Assembly (NCBI GenBank): GCA_963770835.1
Contig: CAVYRH010000019.1
Span: 224,001-288,000 of the forward strand
DNA length: 64,000 nucleotides
Direction of reading: 5' to 3'
Source: an uncultured Pseudomonadota bacterium
GTDB taxonomy: Bacteria > Oederibacteriota > Muellerivitia > Muellerivitales > Muellerivitaceae
The position numbers were made by a program, and so were the translations under genes. The notes below the pieces were generated by a model. That model did no database searches. It was not told where the DNA came from and was given only the letters and a program-made list of their open reading frames with translations. This document shows positions 47,621 through 57,075 of this stretch, piece after piece (position 1 is the stretch's first letter; every line of letters begins with the position of its first letter).

Positions 47621-49510
47621 TTGAAAACAAACGTCCCATTTCCCAAAATGCGGTCCCTTTGGCCCATCATGATGCCCCCCCTCCTGATGGCGGTCTCCTA
47701 TATCGCCATTTCCTATCCCCGCTTTTGTCCCGACATCTCCTTTATTTGGGAACACCTCTATGTTTTGTCCATTTGGCTGACCACCACCGTTGCCTTGATG
47801 TTCCTCGTCCGGGAGTTGCTTATCCGAGCACGTTTACGCTTTATCTTCCTGCCAGCCGTCACAATCCCGACTTTAAGCTGTTTTGGCCTTTACCTCATTT
47901 ATACCTGCGCCCTTTTGGGAAATTTTTCCTGGGGAGTGCTGCCTAGTTACAACACAGTCCTCCTCTTTGGGCCCCATCTTTTCGAGTTGGCCGACAACTT
48001 CGAAATCCCCCGGTTCTTCGTGATCACACTTTTTCTCTTTCCGATCGTGGGATTCATCCTTATTTTCCAGGGACGTATCCGTGAAATGGTCGTTTGGCAT
48101 TGGTCCCTGCGCGAAAGTTTTATGCAGTTACGATGGCGCCATCGCCTATCGATCACCGGGGTCGCGGTCCTGGTCTGGATTTTTTTCCTGGCGTCCTTGT
48201 GGACCGCCGATCCGGCCCTCCGGAAATTCGGTAACTTCAGTTATGACCCCGTCGTCAATTTTTTCAAACGGAACCGGGAGTTCTTCCCCATGACGGCCGA
48301 AAGGGTCTTGGCCATCCAAAAGGACCGGCATTTCGAGAAATACATGAGGCCCAAGCCCCCCCGCGTCCACAATGTCATCTTGATCGTCGTGGATGCCTTG
48401 CGGGCCGACCACCTGCCCGTTTACGGTTATCCGCGCCCCCTGACCCCCTTCCTGTCCGGCCTCCTTCCCAAGGTGCATTCCCGCAAGGTGGACCTGGTCC
48501 TTTCCAATGGATTTGATACCTTGACCGGTCTGCAGTGCCTCCTTTCCTCGAAAGAGCCCTGGGCCGCCAGCCAGTTCAATTACACCCTGGCGGACTTCAT
48601 GTCCGACAACGGTTTCGAGAACGATTTTGCGCTGGCCGGGGGTCACGGCTGGCAAAAGGAACATCATTCCTTCGGCAAAAGGATCGATTATTTTTACGAC
48701 GGAAGCGAGAACCCGGGGCCCGATGGGATCTGCGACGACGAGGTGGCCCTAAGGGGCCTGGCTGGATTAAAACCTGACGACGGGGGTTATCATTTCATCT
48801 ATGTTCACCTGATTTCCGTGCACCAATTGTCCACCCTTCACCAGGACTTTGAGATTTATGCGCCCATGCGCAATATCCTCAACTTGGTCTTCACGGGCGG
48901 CCAGGGGGCCGAAGAACTCACGGCGACAGCGAATATGTACGACGACCGTATCCTCCAGATGGACGGCAGCTTGCGGAAGGTTTTTTCCATCCTGGGGCAG
49001 AAGGGTTATTTGCGCGATTACGTGGGGGGTTTTACGGCGGACCATGGCCAACTCCTGGGAGAAAAAGGAAGATACGGCCACGGCTTTTACGCCACCCTGG
49101 GCGGTTTGCGGGTTCCCCTCGTTTTCTTCGGGTCCAAGCCCCTGCCGCCCCTGGCCCAGTCCCATTTCGCTATTCAAGTGGACATCGCCCCCACCTTGGC
49201 GGACCTGGCCGGGTTGGGTTTGGTCAATTGTTGGCAGGGCCAGTCCCTGCTGAGGTCCAGGGCCAACCCCTGGAGCATTCATTACAGCGTGCAAGCCTGG
49301 GAGGGGCGCGAGGAGGCGGTTGTTTATTCGGGAAACGGAAAGGTTCTCAAGTACGCGAGGACAGTTGGCGATAACCCGCGCGAAGAATCCGAGAATTTAT
49401 ACGATTTGGAAAAAGACCCGCTGGAAAATGAAAATTTGATCGGCCATTGCGACCCGAAATTCCTCAATCAAGTCCGGCTGGAAGCCGACGAACATTTTTC
49501 AAAGTACTGA
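47621..49510 (+). CDS. Membrane-anchored sulfatase-like/LtaS-type protein (paralog 2)
   Basis: Same architecture and motifs; colinear with paralog 1 (YPRFCP..WEH, SQFNYTL, PDDGGYH). Confidence 0.82.
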   Translation: MKTNVPFPKMRSLWPIMMPPLLMAVSYIAISYPRFCPDISFIWEHLYVLSIWLTTTVALMFLVRELLIRARLRFIFLPAVTIPTLSCFGLYLIYTCALLGNFSWGVLPSYNTVLLFGPHLFELADNFEIPRFFVITLFLFPIVGFILIFQGRIREMVVWHWSLRESFMQLRWRHRLSITGVAVLVWIFFLASLWTADPALRKFGNFSYDPVVNFFKRNREFFPMTAERVLAIQKDRHFEKYMRPKPPRVHNVILIVVDALRADHLPVYGYPRPLTPFLSGLLPKVHSRKVDLVLSNGFDTLTGLQCLLSSKEPWAASQFNYTLADFMSDNGFENDFALAGGHGWQKEHHSFGKRIDYFYDGSENPGPDGICDDEVALRGLAGLKPDDGGYHFIYVHLISVHQLSTLHQDFEIYAPMRNILNLVFTGGQGAEELTATANMYDDRILQMDGSLRKVFSILGQKGYLRDYVGGFTADHGQLLGEKGRYGHGFYATLGGLRVPLVFFGSKPLPPLAQSHFAIQVDIAPTLADLAGLGLVNCWQGQSLLRSRANPWSIHYSVQAWEGREEAVVYSGNGKVLKYARTVGDNPREESENLYDLEKDPLENENLIGHCDPKFLNQVRLEADEHFSKY

Positions 49511-49537
49511 GGAAATTCCCCTTGAAGTGACCCTTGC

Positions 49538-50278
49538 CTAACCGGCCACCACTACGACGCGCTTTTCTCTTTCGGGATCCGGCAGCGGCTTTTCTAATTC
49601 GTCGATGTGATAAAAATCCACTCGTTCAAACCCTTCCTCCTTCAGCCATCGAGCCACTTCTTCCAGGGGATAAGCATAGTTCACAATCCGTTCCTTGAAG
49701 GTTCGCCCCCCGACCTCGCCCCTTAAGCGCATGGAAGCCCTTCTCCGGTCCCCGTCAAACTCGCCCTCACACTCGACCCTTTCCGTTTCCCATTGGGTCG
49801 ACTCCAGGGACATCCATTCCCTTAACCCCTCCAGGGTGTGAAAGTCGAAGGCAAACCGCCCGCCCCCGGCCAGGCATCGGCGCACCGACCGGAAGCAATC
49901 CCGGAGTTTTTCCTCCGACTCCAAGTGGTTCAGCACGTTGTAGGTGGAGAGGGCCATGCCGAAGGAACCCCCGATCTGGAACCGGGAAATATCCTCTTGC
50001 AAAAACCTTCCCTGGTGCTCCGCCACATAGCGCCAGCAGCGGTTTTCCGCCAGGAACAGCATGAAGGGGGACCGGTCGAGCCCGACGCAGGAGTGGCCCG
50101 CTTCCAGGAACCGGAGGGCCAGGCGCCCCGTCCCGCAGCCTAAATCCAGGACAGGGAGCCGATGGATGGATGCGGGGAAGGAGGCGAAAAATTTGAGGAG
50201 ATAGGGAGCGGCATTTTCGACGTATCGGCAGAAATGGCGGTCGTAAAATTCGGCGAAGACTTCCCCATAAAGGTTCAT
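49538..50278 (-). CDS. Class I SAM-dependent methyltransferase
   Basis: VLDLGCGTG, GLDRSPFML, LAGGGRFAFD. Confidence 0.9.
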   Translation of the reverse strand: MNLYGEVFAEFYDRHFCRYVENAAPYLLKFFASFPASIHRLPVLDLGCGTGRLALRFLEAGHSCVGLDRSPFMLFLAENRCWRYVAEHQGRFLQEDISRFQIGGSFGMALSTYNVLNHLESEEKLRDCFRSVRRCLAGGGRFAFDFHTLEGLREWMSLESTQWETERVECEGEFDGDRRRASMRLRGEVGGRTFKERIVNYAYPLEEVARWLKEEGFERVDFYHIDELEKPLPDPEREKRVVVVAG

Positions 50279-50367
50279 GGCGCCCGCCCGGGGTCCATCG
50301 AAAGCGAAGAGGATGTCGGAGGGAAATGTCGGTGAAAAATGAGGGCCCGAAAAAATTTAAAGAATTC

Positions 50368-50646
50368 TTATTTGCGGGAGCGCAAATCCAGGTAGACTCC
50401 CTTTCCCTTCGCTTGGGCGGCGAAATCCAAAAGGCCCTTTTCCTGGCAAAATTCCCTTTCACTGTAGGGAAGATATTGCTCCTCCCGCAAGGCGCTGCCC
50501 CGCTGGCCGCAATCGACGCAAACAAAATCAATTTCAACTTGGAGGGAACCCTTGCCTTTTTGGCTGAGGACCCTTCCGTTCACCATCTTGACGCTTCCCT
50601 CACAGGAAGGACAATGAATGCTTTGGGCGTATTTAACCGGCTTCAT
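50368..50646 (-). CDS. Small zinc-ribbon-like protein
   Basis: CPSC...CVDC; AAGGAGG Shine-Dalgarno upstream. Confidence 0.6.
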   Translation of the reverse strand: MKPVKYAQSIHCPSCEGSVKMVNGRVLSQKGKGSLQVEIDFVCVDCGQRGSALREEQYLPYSEREFCQEKGLLDFAAQAKGKGVYLDLRSRK

Positions 50647-50780
50647 GCTGCTTCCTCCTTCTTATCAGGGATTGAAGTTTGTCGAAAAAGGGCGTGGATA
50701 TCAAGGCCTGAAATAGAGGGATTAGGGTACTCGAAGTCCTCTATAGGAAATATGAGGGAAATCAGCTTTTCCCGACAAAC

Positions 50781-50810
50781 AAAAAGCCCCTGGAGGATTT
50801 CCAGGGGCTT
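50781..50810 (-). terminator. Intrinsic terminator after the small secreted protein
   Basis: AAAAAGCCCCTGGA-loop-TCCAGGGGCTT. Confidence 0.75.
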
Positions 50811-50863
50811 AGGCTTGCTCCCTCCCGGGCGGTTGGGCCCGGGGCGGGTCGGCAAAAGAAGGA

Positions 50864-51058
50864 TTACTTGCTGGTGGGCGTTGTGGACGCGGCAGCAGGA
50901 GCAGGAACGCTCTTCTTAACCTTTTTCACCTTTTTGTGAGACTTGTGACTGGTCTTGGCCACCGGGGTGGTTGCGGGGGCAGTCCCCTGCGCGAAAACCA
51001 AGCCGGTTGTGCTTCCCAGGAACAACACCGTCATCAAAGCGGCAAATAACTTTTTCAT
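50864..51058 (-). CDS. Small secreted Lys/His-rich low-complexity peptide
   Basis: Signal peptide ending VFA; GGAGG upstream; KTSHKSHKKVKKVKK. Confidence 0.7.
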   Translation of the reverse strand: MKKLFAALMTVLFLGSTTGLVFAQGTAPATTPVAKTSHKSHKKVKKVKKSVPAPAAASTTPTSK

Positions 51059-51200
51059 CGAAATCCTCCAAACCCTTTCGGGTCCTTTTTTATTTTGGGG
51101 ACTATCTTCATCCCACGCTTATAAGACGCAGCACCATCGGTAAAAGTTGCAGCGATTAAAGGGGCCCTTTCTTAGGTTTTATAAGCAGAGTCTTAATTTG

Positions 51201-52274
51201 TCATTGCGAGGAACTTTGCTTGTTGGCTTCCGCCGAAAAGGAGCCGGACCCCAAAATCTTGCGGAACTCCTTCCCGATGCCGATCAGGGTCAGCTGGTTC
51301 AAGGGAAATTCCAGAAGGACGTGGGTGAAGCTGAGGAAGAAAAGCCAGCGCAATCCCACCGAATAATTGTAGGCATAAAGGGCTAGGGAACCTCCCCAAA
51401 GCGCCAGGATGGCCAAGGCACGGCGGCGCGGAATCTCATGCCAGCCGATGATGGAGGTTTTGGAGAACCAGTTGAAGTAATGATAGGTATAGGCAAAAGC
51501 CACGAAGGACATGAAGGAGAGGGCCAAGGGATTTTGGTACAGGAAATCGTTGGCGGCTTTCACGTAAGCGCCCAAGCCCCCGGCCGGGCTCCCGAAATCA
51601 TGCCAGTGGAACGCTTTCATCACGTAGTAATTCATGGTGATAAAGGGGCTGGACCCCGTTCCGTTCTCTTGGAGATGCCCATAGTTGTCCCTAGCGTATC
51701 CGCTCACCAGGTAACCCGCGTGGGACGGATGCCATAAGAGAAGGACGACCGCGAGGGTCACGAAAACCAATAGGGAAAGCATGCCCGAAAGGTTCCGGCC
51801 CCTTAAGGCGCCCACCAAAATGAACATTCCAGTGAAGAGAAAAACATGGACCAAGGTCGGCAAAAACAGCCCGAAAAAAGCCGCGCCGGGCCCGGAGGAG
51901 GTGAGCAGGAAAGCGGCCAGGGCCGCCGGAACCAAACCCATCCAGCGGGCCGCGGCGTTCTTGAACAGGGTGAAGAAGCCCGCGCCTAAAAAGGCCACGC
52001 ATGTGAGAAACTCTACCGAGCCCTTGGGCGCGAAGGGCGCCCACCCGAAGAATAGAATGCTGACCAGGACGCTGATGCCCGTCAAAAAGAGGCCGTCATG
52101 TTTTCCTGGCGTGTAGTAATTCCGGTCGTGAAGCCAGGAAATCTCGGTCAAGTAATGGAGCGGCCCCAACACGGCGTAGGCCAGGAGGAACGCTTCGAAG
52201 GGGAAGAAAAACGCCAGGGCAGCCGAAAGCATCATCAGGGCGATGTTGAGATAATTGACCTGGTTGGCACTCAA
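51201..52274 (-). CDS. Polytopic membrane protein with several His-containing motifs, unknown function
   Basis: GPLHYLTEISWLH, PTLVHVF, YHYFNWFSKT, THVLLEFPLN. Confidence 0.7.
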   Translation of the reverse strand: MSANQVNYLNIALMMLSAALAFFFPFEAFLLAYAVLGPLHYLTEISWLHDRNYYTPGKHDGLFLTGISVLVSILFFGWAPFAPKGSVEFLTCVAFLGAGFFTLFKNAAARWMGLVPAALAAFLLTSSGPGAAFFGLFLPTLVHVFLFTGMFILVGALRGRNLSGMLSLLVFVTLAVVLLLWHPSHAGYLVSGYARDNYGHLQENGTGSSPFITMNYYVMKAFHWHDFGSPAGGLGAYVKAANDFLYQNPLALSFMSFVAFAYTYHYFNWFSKTSIIGWHEIPRRRALAILALWGGSLALYAYNYSVGLRWLFFLSFTHVLLEFPLNQLTLIGIGKEFRKILGSGSFSAEANKQSSSQ

Positions 52275-52394
52275 TGGGATTTCCTTTTATCCACGCCTGA
52301 TTTTCCTTGTTCTTTATCATTTTAAGACTGGCGATTAACCCTTCCACAATAAAAAAAGAAAAGGTATTCTTAACAGCGGTCAAAATCCCCTGTT

Positions 52395-54395
52395 ATGGAA
52401 AGCGAAATGTCCCCCGTCAAAGTCGCGGATAAAAAAGGCTTGCTGCTTCAAAATGACGAGGTCCAACCCTGGATTAGCGGCACCTTCCACTATTGGCGAT
52501 CCGACGCCCAGCTTTGGCCGGAAATCTTGAGCAACATCAAGGCCATGGGTTTCGACATGGTGGAGACTTATATCCCCTGGGGCATCCACGAAATCGAGAG
52601 GGGCCGCTTTGAGTTCGGTGAAAAGGAACCCCGCAAAAATCTCGAAAAATTCATCCAATTGGTGGGACAAGCTGATTTAAAACTCGTCGTCCGCCCCGGC
52701 CCCCACATCAACGCGGAACTGAATTATTTCGGCTACCCTCCCCGCATCATATATGATCCCGCCATCGTGGCCCAGGAAGGCTCGGGGGCCGTCTCCGTGC
52801 ACGATGCCGCGCCCAAGGCTTTTGGAAATTTGAGTTACGCTTCCCGGAAACTCTACGAGGAAACCGCCCTTTGGTTCGACGCCCTGGCCCCCATCTTGAA
52901 ACGCAACCTCCACCCGAACGGCCCCATCGTGGCGCTCCAGGTGGACAATGAAACGGGTTACTACTTCCGCACGGGTGCTTACCTTTTGGATTACAACCCC
53001 GATTCCATCCGCTGGTACCGGACCTTCCTGGAAAAACGCTACGGCACCCTCAAGGCCTTGAACGATTGTTATGGAAGCCGCTACAAAACATTTTCCGAAA
53101 TCGATCCTCCCCGTTTCTTCACCGGGGAAGCAGTCAAGGACCTTCCCTATTACCTGGACTGGAGCCGTTACAAGGAATGGCAGATCAACGAGTGCCTGAG
53201 GATCATCGCCGGGATGTGGCGGGAAAGGGGTGTGGACGGCGTTCCCTTCTTCCAGAATTTCTACGGTCCCACCAATAGCCCCTACAACACCAACGAGGCG
53301 GAGACCGAGGCTTACGGCCTAGACGTGGTGGGGCTGGATAATTACCAGCGCAAGGAAATCTACTCGTCCACCGCTCGTATGGCCAGCTACCTCTCGGGCA
53401 CCTCTAAGCTTCCCCTCATCCCCGAGTTCGGCTCGGGCTGCTGGTCCCTTCCCCTCTGGGAAAACACCATGACGCTTGAAGACCAGCGTTTCACCACGCC
53501 GCTGCTCTTCATGTTCGGCTTGAAGGCCATCAACTATTATATGCTGGTGGAGCGCGACCGCTGGATGGGAAGCCCCCTGACGGCCCACAACAAGATCCGG
53601 CACGCTTACTTCGACTTTTACCGGCACTGGAATTCCTTCCTGAAGAAAAACCAGTTCCACGAGTGGACCCTGCAGAGCGAACTCCTCATCCTGTCCAATT
53701 ACGACACCGAACGTGTCTTGAAGGCCGTGAAGGTGGTGGAGAGCCATCCCATCCATTTCCTTCCCGAAGAACTGGGCTACGCCGAATCGCCATCCCTTTT
53801 CCAATACCGCCTGGAGGAGGAACACCCCCATTGGGACGGCAACCTGTGGAATTACGCTTTGAAACACCATTTGCCGACCCATTGTTCCGACACCGTAGCG
53901 CCGATCGAGAAATTGCGGGGTCACAAAGCGGTCTGGGTAGTGACGTTCGAGATGATGGAGAAGAAAGCCCAGGAAACCCTCAGGCATTTCGCCGAGGAAG
54001 GGGGCACGGTGATCATGGGCCCCTTGGTACCTTCCCTGGATGAACACACCCGCCCCTCGGACCTCTTCCCGGAATTGAAAAATTCCCGCCAGGCCAAGTT
54101 GGGCAAGGGAAAACTGGTGCTTTTGCCCGAATGGAACGAGGCGGAAATTGAAAAGACCCTGGCCGAGGCCGGGGTCCATCCCGTGATGGATTCCCTGCCA
54201 CCGGATATCCTCGCCACCCGCTTCACCCGCGACGGGAAGGACCTTTATTTCTTCGCCAATCCCAGCGCCCAGGCCGTTTCGTTCAGGCTTTCCCGGAAAC
54301 TCACGCCCCTTTACGGCACCGGGGACGGAAAAATCGCCCACGAACAACTGAACCTCCAGCCCTGGTCGGTGAGCGTTTGGGGAGGCGTCTCATGA
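52395..54395 (+). CDS. GH35/GH42-type beta-galactosidase-like glycosidase
   Basis: GTFHYWR, ETYIPW..HE, RPGPHINAE, QVDNE, PEFGSG. Confidence 0.85.
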   Translation: MESEMSPVKVADKKGLLLQNDEVQPWISGTFHYWRSDAQLWPEILSNIKAMGFDMVETYIPWGIHEIERGRFEFGEKEPRKNLEKFIQLVGQADLKLVVRPGPHINAELNYFGYPPRIIYDPAIVAQEGSGAVSVHDAAPKAFGNLSYASRKLYEETALWFDALAPILKRNLHPNGPIVALQVDNETGYYFRTGAYLLDYNPDSIRWYRTFLEKRYGTLKALNDCYGSRYKTFSEIDPPRFFTGEAVKDLPYYLDWSRYKEWQINECLRIIAGMWRERGVDGVPFFQNFYGPTNSPYNTNEAETEAYGLDVVGLDNYQRKEIYSSTARMASYLSGTSKLPLIPEFGSGCWSLPLWENTMTLEDQRFTTPLLFMFGLKAINYYMLVERDRWMGSPLTAHNKIRHAYFDFYRHWNSFLKKNQFHEWTLQSELLILSNYDTERVLKAVKVVESHPIHFLPEELGYAESPSLFQYRLEEEHPHWDGNLWNYALKHHLPTHCSDTVAPIEKLRGHKAVWVVTFEMMEKKAQETLRHFAEEGGTVIMGPLVPSLDEHTRPSDLFPELKNSRQAKLGKGKLVLLPEWNEAEIEKTLAEAGVHPVMDSLPPDILATRFTRDGKDLYFFANPSAQAVSFRLSRKLTPLYGTGDGKIAHEQLNLQPWSVSVWGGVS

Positions 54396-55129
54396 TCCAT
54401 CCGGAAGCCGTCTTCGAGCATGTGGATATCAACCAGGCCCGGCGTTTCGTAGATCTTTCCATGGCCTTTGCCCAGCCCAATCCCCGTATCCTTTATGTGC
54501 TTCACGACAAAGGAAAGGTCCTCAAGGCCTGGGACAGCCTCAAGGGCAAGGTTTCCGTGGGCGCCACCCTCGCCCCCTCGGTGGAATTGGCGGAGGACTT
54601 AAAACGCCGTCATCAGGTGGGCGAAGTCCAACTGATCGATCGGGATTCCTACCACGCCTACTTAAAAGAGGCGCTGGATTTGAAAAAGGCCGAGGAACTG
54701 ACAGGTTACGATTTCAAGGAACGGGCGAAAAAGCTGAAAGCCAGCCAGGGCAGCGGTTTCCTGATCCACCCGCCCCGGGAAAACTACGAGTATTACCACT
54801 ATGTGGACCGCACCCGCCAGTTCGTGGCCGAAAAGCTAAAGCCGGATTGCGTGTTTCTTTTGGGCGTTTACACGCCCAAGGACTGGTGGACCTCGGTGAT
54901 GACGGTTTTCAAAGAAGGGCAAATCACCTATCTAACGACCTTCGAATACTTTCCCGCCGACAAGCTGGCCGTGCCGGATTCCCCCCAGGCCCACGAAACC
55001 TTGCTGAAAACCGCCGCCCAGGCCTTCCAAAAACCGGCCTTCGGCATGTTCCTGTCCCAAGCCGTCTTCGAGGATTTTGGCAAGAAACAGTGGCGCGGAA
55101 TGGGCCAAACGGCCCTTTTAAAGGCCTAG
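54392..55129 (+). CDS. Hypothetical protein translationally coupled to the glycosidase
   Basis: ATGA overlap, GGAGG upstream, native-like codon usage. Confidence 0.7.
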   Translation: MIHPEAVFEHVDINQARRFVDLSMAFAQPNPRILYVLHDKGKVLKAWDSLKGKVSVGATLAPSVELAEDLKRRHQVGEVQLIDRDSYHAYLKEALDLKKAEELTGYDFKERAKKLKASQGSGFLIHPPRENYEYYHYVDRTRQFVAEKLKPDCVFLLGVYTPKDWWTSVMTVFKEGQITYLTTFEYFPADKLAVPDSPQAHETLLKTAAQAFQKPAFGMFLSQAVFEDFGKKQWRGMGQTALLKA

Positions 55130-55246
55130 CCAAAATAAAAGCTTCTTTTTTCCCCAAAAGAGCGTATGGTAGTGACTTCTTCCGGCGCTTCCATAGGCTG
55201 GTTTGATGCAGTTAAATTTTTAGAAAAAAGTAGAGGTTTTACAACA

Positions 55247-55447
55247 ATGGCTCAAGGTACAGTGAAGTGGTTTAAGAACGAAAAGGGTTTCGGTTTCATC
55301 TCCCAGGACGGTGGCGAGGACGTATTCGTGCACCATTCGTCCATCAAAATGGACGGCTACAAATCGTTGAACGAGGGCGACCGCGTGGAGTTTGACGTCA
55401 CCCAAGGCGACAAAGGTCTCAAGGCTGAGAACGTCGTTAAGATCTAA
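55247..55447 (+). CDS. cspA: Cold-shock protein
   Basis: GTVKWF..KGFGFI, DVFVH. Confidence 0.95.
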   Translation: MAQGTVKWFKNEKGFGFISQDGGEDVFVHHSSIKMDGYKSLNEGDRVEFDVTQGDKGLKAENVVKI

Positions 55448-55465
55448 TTAGGTCTTTTCGAAAAC

Positions 55466-55502
55466 AAAAAGCCCCTGGAGCGAAAGCTTCAGGGGCTTTT
55501 TT
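55466..55502. terminator. Bidirectional intrinsic terminator (cspA / xylB)
   Basis: A5-GCCCCTGGAGC-GAAA-GCTTCAGGGGC-T6. Confidence 0.9.
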
Positions 55503-55523
55503 ATTTACGGGATATTTTAAATC

Positions 55524-57053
55524 TCAGGCGAGTTTTTCCTGTATCGAACGGAAAGAATCCTTCAAGGCCGGGTAAAGCTTTTTGAACTCGGAATACCAGC
55601 CGTTGTAAACCCCCACCTGCGCCTTGCGGGGCGAGGTGCGGCTTACCACGCGGATCAGCTTGGAGCAGGCGGCGTTAACCGTCGGGTAAACCCCCGCGCC
55701 CACCATGGCAAGGATGGCGGCGCCATAGGCGGGGCCTTCCTGGCTGTTCACCGTCACCACTTCCTCCCCGTAGATATCCGCCTGCAATTGCCGCCAGAAA
55801 GGGTTCACCGCCCCGCCGCCCGTGGCCACCACTCGGCGGATGGGCACCTTGAGTTCCCTGAAGATTTCCAGCGAGTCCCTCATACCGAAGGTGATGCCCT
55901 CGAAGACCGCCCGGGCGAAATGAGCCCGCCCATGTCGGGCCGAAGCCCCAACGAAGGTCCCACGCGCGTGGGCGTCCTTGTGTGGCGTCCTTTCCCCCAT
56001 GAGATAAGGGAGGAACAACAGGCCTTCGCTTCCCGCCAGTATCTTCTTGGCCTCGTCGCTCAAGATGTTATAAGGGTCCTTCCCCGTCCTCTTTCCCAGT
56101 TCCTTTTCGGTCAAACCCAGGCTATCCCGGTACCACCTCAAGGACATCCCGGCCGAAAGCATGACTCCCATCAAGTACCACTTCTTGGGCACGCTGTGGC
56201 AAAAGCTGTGAACGCGCAGTTGAGGGTCCACCTTCACCCGGTCGGCGTGGGCGAAAAAGACGCCGGAGGTCCCCAGGCTGGCCATGACGTCGCCGGTCTT
56301 GATGATGCCGTTCCCCACCGCCCCGCAGGTGTTGTCCGCGCCGCCGCCCACAACAGGTGTCCCGACCTTCAAGCCCAAGCCCTTGGCCGCGGCGGGCGTC
56401 AGGTGGCCGCAAACGGCCTGCGATTCCACCACTTGGGGGAACCAGATCAGCGGGATTCCCAGCTTCGCCAGGAGTTCCTTGGACCAGCGGCGGTTTTTCA
56501 CGTCGAAATAAAGCGTGCCGGCCGCGTCCGAAACCTCGGTGCCCAGCACCCCCGTCAGCTTGTAACGCACGTAGTCCTTGGGCATTAAAACCTGGGCAAT
56601 CTTGGCGTAAACCTGGGGCTCGTGCTTTTTCACCCAGAGGATCTTGGGCAAGGTAAAGCCTTCCAAGGCTGGGTTGGACACCCATTGGCGCAAGTGGGCC
56701 TCCCCCACTTTCCGGGTGATTTCCAAGCATTCCGCGTGGGTGCGGGTGTCGCACCAAAGGAGGGCGGGCCTTAGGACCTTCCCGTTTTTATCCAGGAAAA
56801 CCGAGGAGTGCATCTGGCCCGAGAAGCCCAAGGCCTTCACGTCCGCGGCGGCGACCCGCGCTTTCTTGACTGCGCCCGAAACGGCCTGGTAGGCCGCCTT
56901 GACCCACATGTCGGGGTCTTGCTCCGCCCAGCCGGGGTGGGGCGTCGCCATGGGGTATTCGACGGTTACTTTGGACAGGATTTTCCCGGCTTCCGAGACC
57001 ACGATGGCCTTGGTGCCTGAAGTGCCGATGTCACAGCCGATCACATAACTCAT
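55524..57053 (-). CDS. xylB: Xylulokinase
   Basis: DIGTSGTK, SGQMH, LWCDTR, GGADN, LGTSG, PYLMGERTPH; downstream of xylA. Confidence 0.93.
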   Translation of the reverse strand: MSYVIGCDIGTSGTKAIVVSEAGKILSKVTVEYPMATPHPGWAEQDPDMWVKAAYQAVSGAVKKARVAAADVKALGFSGQMHSSVFLDKNGKVLRPALLWCDTRTHAECLEITRKVGEAHLRQWVSNPALEGFTLPKILWVKKHEPQVYAKIAQVLMPKDYVRYKLTGVLGTEVSDAAGTLYFDVKNRRWSKELLAKLGIPLIWFPQVVESQAVCGHLTPAAAKGLGLKVGTPVVGGGADNTCGAVGNGIIKTGDVMASLGTSGVFFAHADRVKVDPQLRVHSFCHSVPKKWYLMGVMLSAGMSLRWYRDSLGLTEKELGKRTGKDPYNILSDEAKKILAGSEGLLFLPYLMGERTPHKDAHARGTFVGASARHGRAHFARAVFEGITFGMRDSLEIFRELKVPIRRVVATGGGAVNPFWRQLQADIYGEEVVTVNSQEGPAYGAAILAMVGAGVYPTVNAACSKLIRVVSRTSPRKAQVGVYNGWYSEFKKLYPALKDSFRSIQEKLA

Positions 57054-57075
57054 TTGATCCTCCCAGATCCCGTCT

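Noticed and set aside
45695..49510. Sulfate-scavenging module (sulfatases feeding the reductase)
   Set aside because: No formylglycine motif in either protein, so true sulfatase activity is unsupported
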